Shown: positions 37,649 through 46,955 of the stretch, piece by piece | Position numbering within the stretch: the first letter of the stretch is position 1 | Layout: each line of letters opens with the position of its first letter | NCBI GenBank assembly: GCA_044463445.1 | Contig: JBIQMJ010000001.1 | Coordinates: 1-48,901 of the forward strand | From: Segetibacter koreensis | GTDB taxonomy: Bacteria > Bacteroidota > Bacteroidia > Chitinophagales > Chitinophagaceae | Direction: 5' to 3' | Length of the DNA stretch: 48,901 bases | Translations under genes and position numbers: made by a program | The notes under the pieces: generated by a model | Told to the model about the DNA's origin: nothing | Databases searched by the model: none | What the model saw: the letters and a program-made list of their open reading frames with translations, nothing else

Positions 37649-39790
37649 TTAGAAGAACTTACTTCTGTAGTCTTTTATATCAGCTGTTTTTCTTAATTCC
37701 TGGAATGATTCGCTAAGGGCCGACTGAATGTTTTTATTTAGCTCATCACTCATTTGTAATTTTTGTAAAGATTCATTCACAGGGCCTTTGGAAAACACAC
37801 CATTCACTTTTATAACAAATACTCCTGAATTCCCTGCAATAATCGGCGATATTTTGGTCTGATAAGTCTTGTTGAACGCTGCTCCTGCTACCTTTGGTTC
37901 ATGCCCTATACCATTTATTATTGGCGCATCAAATGTAAGTGTGGAATCCTCACCTGTTGTTAAAACCTGCAAATTATACGCTGCTGCTGCTGCTTCCAAT
38001 GTGGAAGGGTTGCCGAGTTTCTTTTTGATCACATCCGCTTTTTTGTTGTTCAGAATAATTCCTTCCACCATTGGGCGTGCGGTTTCAGGATCAGGAAGAC
38101 CTTCTTTCAATCTTTTATCAACAATAGCTACTATGAAATTATCCTTTATTGAAAACGGTTCAGATACCTGGCCTTCTTTTGCATCAAAAGCCCATCTCAC
38201 CACCGTTCTGGCATCCTGAAGCTGGCCAAGCTGGTAATCATTTTCTTTTACTTCGGTAGGGACCTCCACTTTTTTCAAACCATTTTTAGCTACATACTCA
38301 TTAAACGATTTTTCATCTTTTGCATAGCCCGATAATTTTATAGCCTCGGTATTTGCATTATTGATTGTTTCATCGCTTGGTGCAATTTCTTTGGCCATGT
38401 AAGCAATTTGATAACTCGGCTGAAAATCTTTCTTTTCAAGAATTTCGATGTAGTGCCATCCGAATTGAGTTTTTACTACCTTCTTTGTTTCACCCTGGTC
38501 ATTTAATAAAAAGTCACCAAAAGGCCTTGCAAAATTGTCGCTTTGAATAGTTTCCAGGTCAAATGTCATCACGCCATTGGTTTGTTTAGCCGCTTCATCA
38601 GTGGAATATTTAGCATCGAGCGAATCAAAGTTGGCTCCGTTTTTTATTGCAGTTGCAATACTGTCTGCCAGCCTGTGAGCTGTGCTGTCATCCATTAAAG
38701 GTTGTTGAGTTTGAGGATTAATGGTCCCTAATAAAATATGACGACATTTGATTGAATCCGGTAAAACTTTACTGCCTATTTTTTTTGCAAGTACATAATT
38801 TCCTCCATCCAGGTAAGGTCCGACTACACTTCCGTTGGGCAAAGCTATAATTGAATCTTTCATGGGAGACTGAATTTTAGATTGAGGAACATATTCGCCC
38901 GAATAAGGAATTACAGAGGAGTTTCTGCCAAGGAAAAATTTTGCATTGGAATCAAGAGCAAACTGAGGCTTCAAATCTTCCAAAGCTTTCAGGATTTTTG
39001 CGCTGTCTTCTGCATTGGCAGCCGCGCTAAAAGAAACATAAGATACCATTACTCCCGGTTCCTGTTTATACTTTATTTTATTATTGTTCAAATAAGTTTT
39101 GATATCTTCATCAGTAACTTTTACCAAACTATCGCTCACCTGGGAATAAGGAACTGCCACATAAGAAATCTTTGCAAACTGATTTTTTTCCTCACTCTGC
39201 TCCTTTACCAGCCATTTGGGTTGATACATACTTCCAGCAATCAGTGAAGTATATTTAGTATAAAGCGAATTCAAACGCATCGGATCAATTATCTGTGAAA
39301 TAACTGCATTTCTCTGCTCTTCATTTTGGTTCTTTTTTGTTTGAGCCCACCATTGCTTTGCCTGTTCTATGTCATATTCGCCTGTTTCCTTATTAGTGAA
39401 AGCCTGTTTCAATTGTTGAGGTGCCTCGTCGCTGAACATAATAGAACTCATTTCCTCTGGCGTAAATGTGATACCTAATTTCTGAAACTGGTCATCCACA
39501 ATTTTTTCGGCCACCATTTGGTTCCAGACAGATTCCATAATCTGGTTGTTCTGCGAAGAACCAGCATTTGGATATTGTTGTTGAACTTCCTTCACCCGGT
39601 CGTTAAAAGTATTAATATTAATTTTTTCTCCGTTCACTACACCTACCGACGTAGTGTTTCCTCCGCCGAATAATGAACTGCCCCTCCCGCTGCTCATAGA
39701 GTCCATTAATATAAAAGCAACAAGGCTTATTCCGATGAGCGCAATTACGATAACAGTGCCTTTTTCACGAATCGTCTGAATGATTGACAT
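37649..39790 (-). CDS. ppiD: PpiD-like SurA-N/parvulin peptidyl-prolyl isomerase
   Basis: Start at MSIIQTIREK (ATG 39790), TM anchor, RHIL, KYSTD, KTQFGWHYI. Confidence 0.88.
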   Translation of the reverse strand: MSIIQTIREKGTVIVIALIGISLVAFILMDSMSSGRGSSLFGGGNTTSVGVVNGEKININTFNDRVKEVQQQYPNAGSSQNNQIMESVWNQMVAEKIVDDQFQKLGITFTPEEMSSIMFSDEAPQQLKQAFTNKETGEYDIEQAKQWWAQTKKNQNEEQRNAVISQIIDPMRLNSLYTKYTSLIAGSMYQPKWLVKEQSEEKNQFAKISYVAVPYSQVSDSLVKVTDEDIKTYLNNNKIKYKQEPGVMVSYVSFSAAANAEDSAKILKALEDLKPQFALDSNAKFFLGRNSSVIPYSGEYVPQSKIQSPMKDSIIALPNGSVVGPYLDGGNYVLAKKIGSKVLPDSIKCRHILLGTINPQTQQPLMDDSTAHRLADSIATAIKNGANFDSLDAKYSTDEAAKQTNGVMTFDLETIQSDNFARPFGDFLLNDQGETKKVVKTQFGWHYIEILEKKDFQPSYQIAYMAKEIAPSDETINNANTEAIKLSGYAKDEKSFNEYVAKNGLKKVEVPTEVKENDYQLGQLQDARTVVRWAFDAKEGQVSEPFSIKDNFIVAIVDKRLKEGLPDPETARPMVEGIILNNKKADVIKKKLGNPSTLEAAAAAYNLQVLTTGEDSTLTFDAPIINGIGHEPKVAGAAFNKTYQTKISPIIAGNSGVFVIKVNGVFSKGPVNESLQKLQMSDELNKNIQSALSESFQELRKTADIKDYRSKFF

Positions 39791-39849
39791 ATTGTATTTT
39801 CTCTTAGATTTGAAATGAGGCGGCAAAAATAGTGTAAAATAAAATAGGA

Positions 39850-40335
39850 ACAAACTGTGGATAACCCATTGAAATTAGCGCTGGCATTGTTTTTTAAATA
39901 TGCACCAATTTAAAAAATCCTTCTGCCCTAAAAATCCAAAAATAGTTTTCAACAATTGGCTGTGGGAAAATTGTTTTTATTGTGAGAAAACCGGGTTTTC
40001 ATAAATTCTTTTGTTGAATAAGTTTTAATAACCTGACTTATTTTTCATCATTCCTTTTTTGAGGGTAAAAAAAACACATTTTATCCAAATCAGACTCACA
40101 AATATTTTAAGAAAACGTTTCATAAATTTATCAACGTTATAATTTATCAACAGACTGTTAAAAAAGCCAATTTTATCATTATTGTGATGAATTACGTCTT
40201 GTTGGAACTTTGTGGATTGATGGGGATAAGAAGGATAATTTAATTTTGCCTCAGAAATAAAAAATAATCTATCCACAAATTCACATACCTAATAATAATA
40301 GGCGTTTAAATTAAAAAGTATTAATAATAAATATT
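39850..40335. other. probable chromosomal replication origin (oriC)
   Basis: DnaA boxes TGTGGATAA 39856-64, TTATCCAAA 40081-89, TTATCAACA 40144-52, TGGGGATAA 40221-29, CTATCCACA 40269-77 plus AAATTCACA 40277-85; then TACC and trios TAA TAA TAA TAG 40290-301 and an AT-rich tract. Confidence 0.75.
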
Positions 40336-41346
40336 ATGGCAGATATTAACATTCAGGAAGCAAAAAAAAATTTAAAGAAAAAAGGTTTTTTGGATTTGGA
40401 TATTGATCCTAACTTGGACCTGTTCTCGGAAATTGAACGCTTAAAAATTGAAAAAAATGCCATCGTACTTGCCCACTATTACCAGGAACCAGACATCCAG
40501 GATATTGCCGATTTTATTGGAGACAGTCTTGCCCTTGCTCAAAAAGCTCAGTCCACCACTGCGGATATGATTGTGTTTGCCGGTGTGCATTTTATGGCTG
40601 AAACTGCAAAAATTTTAAATCCCAATAAGAAAGTTTTATTGCCTGATTTGAATGCTGGTTGCTCACTGGCTGATTCAGCTCCGGCCGAAGCCTTCAGGAA
40701 ATTTAAAGAAGCTCATCCGGGTCATGTAGTAATAACTTACATAAATTGTTCCGCAGAAACAAAGGCGTTAAGCGACATTATCTGCACTTCATCCAATGCC
40801 GAAGCGATTATAAACAGTTTGCCTAATGATCAGAAAATTATATTTGCACCGGATAGGAACCTTGGCGCCTATTTGATTAAAAAAACAGGAAGAGACATGG
40901 TGTTGTGGAACGGAGCCTGCCAGGTTCATGAATTATTTAGCCTTGAAAAGATCACCAAATTAAAAATAAGGCATCCAAATGCCAAAGTAATAGCCCATCC
41001 TGAATGCGAAGAGGCTATTTTAAAAGAAGCCGATTTTATCGGAAGTACCAGCGCTTTATTGAAATACAGTTCTCAAAATCCTGCCACTGAATTTATCGTA
41101 GCTACCGAAGCTGGTATCATTCATCAGATGCAGCTACAATCGCCTTTAAAAACATTTATTCCCGCGCCTCCTGATAATTCATGCGCATGCAACGATTGCC
41201 CGTTTATGAAACTGAATACGCTCGAGAAATTGTATCTGTGTATGAAATATGAAGAGCCGGAAATACTTTTGGATGAAAAGTTGATAGAAGCTTCCAAAAA
41301 GCCAATCATGAAAATGCTGGAGATAAGTAAGAAATATGGTTTATAA
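40336..41346 (+). CDS. nadA: quinolinate synthase
   Basis: [35 protein letters not shown]. Confidence 0.97.
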   Translation: MADINIQEAKKNLKKKGFLDLDIDPNLDLFSEIERLKIEKNAIVLAHYYQEPDIQDIADFIGDSLALAQKAQSTTADMIVFAGVHFMAETAKILNPNKKVLLPDLNAGCSLADSAPAEAFRKFKEAHPGHVVITYINCSAETKALSDIICTSSNAEAIINSLPNDQKIIFAPDRNLGAYLIKKTGRDMVLWNGACQVHELFSLEKITKLKIRHPNAKVIAHPECEEAILKEADFIGSTSALLKYSSQNPATEFIVATEAGIIHQMQLQSPLKTFIPAPPDNSCACNDCPFMKLNTLEKLYLCMKYEEPEILLDEKLIEASKKPIMKMLEISKKYGL

Positions 41347-41402
41347 ACTAAAATTTACCATAGAGGAGTAAACGAATAAATAGTTTAATTTTTATTTTGC
41401 TC

Positions 41403-41434
41403 AAAAAAAATTGCCTGTCCGAAAACAGGCAATT
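41403..41434 (-). terminator. intrinsic terminator of recA (possibly bidirectional)
   Basis: AATTGCCTGT / ACAGGCAATT 10-bp stem, 6-nt loop, T run on the minus strand. Confidence 0.85.
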
Positions 41435-41463
41435 CCCTTTACAAATTTTAAACTGGTCTGTAT

Positions 41464-42480
41464 TTAAACTGTTCCCTCAGCAATTTTTGCTTTTATTTTA
41501 TTTTCGAGTTCATTTGCCAAATCAGGATTATCAATTAAAAGTTGCTTTACTGCTTCGCGGCCCTGACCAAGTTTGGTAGTATCATAACTAAACCAACTTC
41601 CACTTTTTTGAATAATTCCCAAATCGACCCCCATATCAATGATTTCACCCACTTTTGAAATTCCACCTCCAAAAATTATATCAAATTCGGCAACACGAAA
41701 AGGAGGAGCCATTTTATTTTTAACCACTTTAACTTTTACACGGTTTCCTACAGATTGATCTCCATCTTTTATTTGAGCCATTCTGCGGATATCCAAACGA
41801 ACTGAAGAATAAAATTTGAGCGCATTTCCACCGGTAGTGGTTTCGGGGTTTCCAAACATAACCCCTATCTTATCCCTGAGCTGATTAATAAAAATACAAC
41901 AGCAATTAGTCTTACTTATTGTCGCGGTTAATTTTCTCATTGCCTGGCTCATTAAACGAGCCTGAAGTCCCATTTTGCTGTCTCCCATTTCTCCTTCCAA
42001 CTCGCCTTTTGGCACCAATGCTGCCACTGAATCGATAACAACTACGTCAAGAGCCCCGGAAAGAATTAATCTATCTGCTATTTCTAATCCTTGTTCTCCA
42101 TAATCCGGCTGGCTTATTAAAAGATTGTCGACGTTTACTCCTAATTTTCTGGCATATGTACTATCAAACGCATGTTCAGCGTCAATTATAGCACACATTC
42201 CACCTTTTTTTTGGGCTTCCGCAATCACATGAATGGCTAAGGTGGTTTTACCTGAAGATTCCGGCCCGTAAATTTCAACTACTCTTCCTTTTGGAAGACC
42301 GCCGATTCCAAGCGCTACGTCTAATCCAAGCGATCCGGTAGAAATAGTTTCATGAGGTTCCTGCGAACGCTCATTCATCATCATCACACTTCCTTTACCA
42401 TAATCTTTATCTATTTTATCAATAGTTAGTTTTAAAGCTTTTAATTTTTCGGACAATTTATCCGGGGTATTTGCTGCCAT
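41464..42480 (-). CDS. recA: recombinase A
   Basis: [38 protein letters not shown]. Confidence 0.99.
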   Translation of the reverse strand: MAANTPDKLSEKLKALKLTIDKIDKDYGKGSVMMMNERSQEPHETISTGSLGLDVALGIGGLPKGRVVEIYGPESSGKTTLAIHVIAEAQKKGGMCAIIDAEHAFDSTYARKLGVNVDNLLISQPDYGEQGLEIADRLILSGALDVVVIDSVAALVPKGELEGEMGDSKMGLQARLMSQAMRKLTATISKTNCCCIFINQLRDKIGVMFGNPETTTGGNALKFYSSVRLDIRRMAQIKDGDQSVGNRVKVKVVKNKMAPPFRVAEFDIIFGGGISKVGEIIDMGVDLGIIQKSGSWFSYDTTKLGQGREAVKQLLIDNPDLANELENKIKAKIAEGTV

Positions 42481-42525
42481 AAATATTTTTTAATTGAGTA
42501 TTATTGTGTAAAGTTATCCCTTGCA

Positions 42526-42590
42526 CAAATATAGAAATTAATATTTATTAACACTAACAAATTTAGTACTTATCTGGTAAATTTTTTAGT
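42526..42590 (-). promoter_or_regulatory. recA promoter with two CTAA-N5-TTAG-type putative SOS boxes
   Basis: -7 element TATATTTG (minus strand, 42526-42533); ACTAA-CAAAT-TTAGT 42553-42567; GTAA-ATTTT-TTAG 42577-42589. Confidence 0.65.
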
Positions 42591-42627
42591 GGCAGATTAA
42601 AGATGGAAATCAAAGAGTTTTTAAAAA

Positions 42628-42663
42628 ATAGATGAATTGAAGAGAATAGGTGAATTGAAGAGA
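42628..42663 (+). repeat. 18-bp direct tandem repeat x2
   Basis: ATAGATGAATTGAAGAGA / ATAGGTGAATTGAAGAGA. Confidence 0.8.
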
Positions 42664-42670
42664 GGCAATT

Positions 42671-42697
42671 AAAAAAAGGAGGCCAATCAGCCCCCTT
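42671..42697 (-). terminator. intrinsic terminator of the DUF4142 gene
   Basis: Minus strand AAGGGGGC-TGATTG-GCCTCCTT followed by Ts. Confidence 0.6.
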
Positions 42698-42712
42698 ATT
42701 TATCCCGGGTTT

Positions 42713-43306
42713 TTACATTTTGTCTTTTATAGCTTTAGCTGCATCTAAATGTTTTTGAAGCACAGGTAGGGCTTTTGTAATTAAATCTTTGTACTCCTGA
42801 TCTTTGATATCATCACCTGCTTTTTTAAAGGCATCAATATCCTCTTCATGGTCCTTAACCATCATTGAAATATAATCTTTATCAAATTTGGATCCTGTTT
42901 CTTTACCAAGTTTGGAAGTATCATCTTTTTGATTATTGGTTATTTCTGTTGGCAGGGGAACATTTTTTTTGTTAGCAAGAGCCTGAAGTTCCTGGTTAAG
43001 TTGAGTATGATCATCCACCATCATTTTCCCAAAATCTTTTACAGCCTTGCTGCTTGCATTTCTTTGTGCAATTGCACCCATTTCCGCTTCAAACAATCCA
43101 CCTGCTGCTGCTTCATTTGTAAATTTTTTGGCATCTTCGCCCACCATGATCTGGCTCGTGTCTGTATTATTCATAGTTGTCATGGTGGTGTCATTTGAAT
43201 TCATTGTATTGGTACTATCGGAATTACCGGGTGAATTTGAGTTTCCGCTACAGGCTGAGATAAACATGGCCCCTGCAATAATTATTACAATACTTAGCTT
43301 TTTCAT
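42713..43306 (-). CDS. DUF4142 domain lipoprotein
   Basis: ISAC lipobox; AA.GG..E, VKDFGKMMVDDH, FDKDYISMMVKDH, LPVLQKHL. Confidence 0.88.
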   Translation of the reverse strand: MKKLSIVIIIAGAMFISACSGNSNSPGNSDSTNTMNSNDTTMTTMNNTDTSQIMVGEDAKKFTNEAAAGGLFEAEMGAIAQRNASSKAVKDFGKMMVDDHTQLNQELQALANKKNVPLPTEITNNQKDDTSKLGKETGSKFDKDYISMMVKDHEEDIDAFKKAGDDIKDQEYKDLITKALPVLQKHLDAAKAIKDKM

Positions 43307-43469
43307 AAAATTTTTTATTTAAGATTAATGATAGTCAGAAAAGGACAAAATATGTTCCATGAAGGCTTGATAGTAGTAATGGTTTAAGATGACTGACTAA
43401 AATGTTCAAATTGTTGAATATTTTACCTAAGAGAGAAAGAATTACCCAAATAAGTAAGTTAAAGAAGGA

Positions 43470-44627
43470 TCACTCATTTTGAAAAGAAAGAAGCCTGTCC
43501 ACCGCTTCATCCAGAGTTGATTTTTTTTTGGCAAAACAGAATCTTAAAACATTATTTTGATGGCCATTTTGGTAAAAGGCCGAAACCGGAATACCGGTTA
43601 CTCTTGCCTTTTGTGTCAGCTTTTTGGCAAACTTAAATTCATTTTCATGGCTTAAATCAGAAAAATCATAAAGTTGGAAATAGCTTCCGTTAGAAGAAAT
43701 GGGTTTAAATTTTGTTTCCGACATTAATTTCAAAAAATAATTCCGTTTCTCTTCAAAAAAGATCCTGAGCCGGAGATATTCATCTCTCTTATAGATAAAT
43801 GATGAAAGCGCGATTTGAATGGGAGTGTTACAACTAAAGCAATTGTATTGATGGATCTTTAAGAATTCTTCCATAAGTTTATCAGGAGCTACACAATAAC
43901 CCATCTTCCATCCGGTGCACTGATACACTTTACCAAAAGAAAAAATCACAAAACTCCGGTCATAAAGTTCAGGATATTTTAAAATGCTTTCGTGTTGGTT
44001 GCCATCAAAAATAATATGCTCATACACTTCATCGCTCAACAAAATTATATCTGTTCCTTTTATAATTTCTTTCAGTTGATCCATATCTCTTTTACAAAGG
44101 GTTTTCCCTGTGGGATTGTTGGGAGAGTTAAGAATGATCATTTTGGTGGCGGGAGTTATTTTCTCTTTTACTACTGACCAATCAATTTTATATTCGGGAT
44201 AATCCAGAGGAATTAATACAGGTGTAGCTCCGTTGACGATAATACCAGGAACATAACTATCATAGGCCGGTTCAAAAACGATTACCTCGTCTCCTGGATT
44301 TAAAACAGTAGTAAGAGCGGTATAAATGCCGTAAGTAGCCCCGGGAGTTATGGTGATCTCGGTTAGAGGATCCACCTTTTTGCCATATAGAAAATGAATC
44401 TTTTCAGCAATGGCTTCTCTTAAAGATAATAGACCATTTCGATGTGCATATTGATTATGTCCATCTCTCATTGCTCTGGCCACAAGATCGATTAATTCTT
44501 CACTTATATCGAAATCCGGTGTTCCCTGCCCAAGGTTTATAGCCTTATGTTCTGTAGCCAGCATGCTCATTACGGTGAAAATGGTGACTCCCGTATTAGG
44601 TAATTTACTTGAAAGGAAGGTTGGCAT
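43470..44627 (-). CDS. ybdL: class I/II PLP aminotransferase, methionine aminotransferase YbdL-like
   Basis: SKLP..G.TIFT.MS, INLGQG.PDF, NNPTG, SDEVYEH, SFGK, GWKMG, RFCFAK. Confidence 0.85.
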   Translation of the reverse strand: MPTFLSSKLPNTGVTIFTVMSMLATEHKAINLGQGTPDFDISEELIDLVARAMRDGHNQYAHRNGLLSLREAIAEKIHFLYGKKVDPLTEITITPGATYGIYTALTTVLNPGDEVIVFEPAYDSYVPGIIVNGATPVLIPLDYPEYKIDWSVVKEKITPATKMIILNSPNNPTGKTLCKRDMDQLKEIIKGTDIILLSDEVYEHIIFDGNQHESILKYPELYDRSFVIFSFGKVYQCTGWKMGYCVAPDKLMEEFLKIHQYNCFSCNTPIQIALSSFIYKRDEYLRLRIFFEEKRNYFLKLMSETKFKPISSNGSYFQLYDFSDLSHENEFKFAKKLTQKARVTGIPVSAFYQNGHQNNVLRFCFAKKKSTLDEAVDRLLSFQNE

Positions 44628-44647
44628 AATTATAATTTTTTTGGTAA

Positions 44648-45736
44648 TTATAAGTACCTATCTCCTTTATTTCTTTTTATTTCAGTAAGATATTCTTTGA
44701 TATTCTGTTCGTTTTCTTTCCTGCAAACCAGGAGAGCATCTTTTGTGTCCACCACAATATAACCATCAAGGCCCTGTAATAAAACTAGCTTGTCACCTGT
44801 GGTATGAACAATATTTTTGTAAGAATCAAAGAGAATGATATTATTACCAGCGACAGCATTTTCGTGATAATCTTTTTCCAGGTTTTCATAAGCGCTGCCC
44901 CAGGTACCCAAATCGCTCCAGCCAAAGGATGAAGGAATTACATACACATTATCGGCCTTTTCTAAAATACCGTAATCTATTGAAATATTTACGCATAATG
45001 GATAGATTATCTCTATTGCTTCTTTTTCCTGGTCTGAATTCATCGCATTTTTAGCTCCATGAAAAAGTTCATGAATTTCAGGAAGATATTTTTCAAAAGC
45101 GGCGATAATACTTTTGGTTTGCCAAACAAAAATTCCGGCATTCCATAAGAAATCTCCGCTGGCAATGAAAGTTTTTGCTAATTCCAGATCTGGTTTTTCT
45201 GTAAATGTTTTTACTTTAAAAATATTATCGCTTACTGATGGTTGCTCATATTGAATATACCCATAACCCGTATTAGGTTGAAAAGGTTTGATACCCAATG
45301 TAAGAAGCGCGTTATTCTTTTTGGTGAATGCCAAAGCTTCTATGCTTGTTTTAATAAAAGCTACATCATCCAAAATCAGATGATCCGCGGGAGCACAAAT
45401 AAGATTGGCTTCAGCATTTAATTGTTGAATTTTATACGAAATGTAAGCGATACAGGGAGCTGTATTTTTTCGGGAGGGTTCACAGACAATATTTTCTTCC
45501 GGCAAATCCGGCAATTGGCTATGCGTAATATCTTTGTATTGATGGGAAGTTACGATGTAAATATTTTCAAGAGGAATAAATTGGACAAACCTCTCAAAAG
45601 TGGATTGGATAAGAGTTTTTCCTGTATTTAAAATATCCAGAAATTGCTTGGGAAGATCAACCCGGCTCACAGGCCAGAAACGGCTTCCGATTCCTCCGGC
45701 CATTATGGCAACGTAGTTATTTTTATTATTAATCAT
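44648..45736 (-). CDS. manC: mannose-1-phosphate guanylyltransferase
   Basis: MAGGIGSRFWP.SR..PKQF, PADH, TGYGYI, FTEKP, WNAGIF, WSDLGTW. Confidence 0.93.
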   Translation of the reverse strand: MINNKNNYVAIMAGGIGSRFWPVSRVDLPKQFLDILNTGKTLIQSTFERFVQFIPLENIYIVTSHQYKDITHSQLPDLPEENIVCEPSRKNTAPCIAYISYKIQQLNAEANLICAPADHLILDDVAFIKTSIEALAFTKKNNALLTLGIKPFQPNTGYGYIQYEQPSVSDNIFKVKTFTEKPDLELAKTFIASGDFLWNAGIFVWQTKSIIAAFEKYLPEIHELFHGAKNAMNSDQEKEAIEIIYPLCVNISIDYGILEKADNVYVIPSSFGWSDLGTWGSAYENLEKDYHENAVAGNNIILFDSYKNIVHTTGDKLVLLQGLDGYIVVDTKDALLVCRKENEQNIKEYLTEIKRNKGDRYL

Positions 45737-45745
45737 TGTTTTTAA

Positions 45746-46708
45746 TTAAATGATCCCTTCTTTAATCAGGTCGTGTAAATGTATAATTCCCAAATACCGG
45801 TGGTTTTCTGTAACCACCAGTTGAGTTATATTGTTATTCCGCATGATGTCAAGCGCATGAACCGCCAATGATTTACTATCGATTGTTTTTGGGTTAGAAG
45901 TCATTATATCTTTTGCTTTTACCTCTGCATGATACAAATCTTTTTCAAGCATTCTTCTAAGATCTCCATCAGTTATGATGCCGGCTATTTTATCAGCATC
46001 ATCCAATACAACGGTTACTCCCAAACGTTTTTTTGTAATTTCAATGATCACCTCTTTTAGTAAGTTGCCGGTTTTTACTGATGGCTTTTCATTATTTATT
46101 GAAAGTTCACCCACACGTAAATACAATCTTTTTCCCAAGGTTCCTCCGGGATGAAATTTAGCAAAATCTTCCGGATTAAATCCACGCAATTCCATCAGGC
46201 ACACACAAATCGCATCCCCCATCACTAATTGGGCGGTAGTGCTGCTGGTAGGCGCCAGGTTATAAGGTGAAGCTTCTTCCTCAACAGTGGTATTCAAAAC
46301 AATATCAGCACATTTTGCCAGGTAACTTTGCATGTTTCCACAAATGGCAATCAATGGATTTCTGAAATTTTTTATAAGTGGAACGAGAACCTTAATTTCG
46401 GGACTGTCGCCACTTTTGCTAAGAATCATTACGATATCTTCGGGCAGCACCATCCCGATGTCTCCATGGATAGCATCAGCGGCATGTAAAAAAAGAGAAG
46501 GGGTCCCTGTACTATTAAGTGAAGCAACAATTTTTTGCGCAATGATAGCACTTTTGCCAATTCCGCTGATTACCAATCTTCCTTTTGATTCGAAAATTTG
46601 TAATACTGCTTTTTCAAAATTTTCATTTATATTATTTAAAAGCGCGGCTACAGAATGAGATTCTGCAATAATTGTTTGTTTACCGGTGCTTATTATATTA
46701 ATGGCCAT
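45746..46708 (-). CDS. kdsD: arabinose-5-phosphate isomerase (KpsF/GutQ, SIS plus CBS domains)
   Basis: GIGKS, STGTP, HGDIG, APTSSTT, FHPGGTLG, ITDGDLRR; TACGTTTG -7 element (minus strand) at 46773-46780. Confidence 0.93.
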   Translation of the reverse strand: MAINIISTGKQTIIAESHSVAALLNNINENFEKAVLQIFESKGRLVISGIGKSAIIAQKIVASLNSTGTPSLFLHAADAIHGDIGMVLPEDIVMILSKSGDSPEIKVLVPLIKNFRNPLIAICGNMQSYLAKCADIVLNTTVEEEASPYNLAPTSSTTAQLVMGDAICVCLMELRGFNPEDFAKFHPGGTLGKRLYLRVGELSINNEKPSVKTGNLLKEVIIEITKKRLGVTVVLDDADKIAGIITDGDLRRMLEKDLYHAEVKAKDIMTSNPKTIDSKSLAVHALDIMRNNNITQLVVTENHRYLGIIHLHDLIKEGII

Positions 46709-46955
46709 TAATCTGATTCAAAAAGGTATATGGTTTCTGGTTTTCAAATATGGATAAATCCTGGAAAAATTGCAAACGTACTGGAAAAGTATGGTTGAAC
46801 AAAGGGAATGAATTTTGTTTTAGTAATCCAAAATCTTCGTATCTTAACCCATTATCTTAAAAGGGTGAAATTAAGAATTATAACTTTAACCTTAATTTTC
46901 ATTTAAAGAATTAACTTTGAAATCCTTTTAGATTGAATAGTAGAAAAGAAAAACA

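Noticed and set aside
11626-39853. Longest-ORF starts at 11626, 13987, 20806, 26825 and 39853
   Set aside because: Downstream ATGs (11737, 14026, 20833, 26798, 39790) give proper signal peptides or family-typical N-termini
40025-40276. 83-aa minus-strand ORF in the ppiD-nadA gap
   Set aside because: No recognisable motif and it overlaps the DnaA-box cluster; probably spurious
243-46658. Many 60-200 aa ORFs antisense to or overlapping the main genes (for example 13174-13725 and 34282-34902)
   Set aside because: They lie within well-supported genes and show no protein motifs
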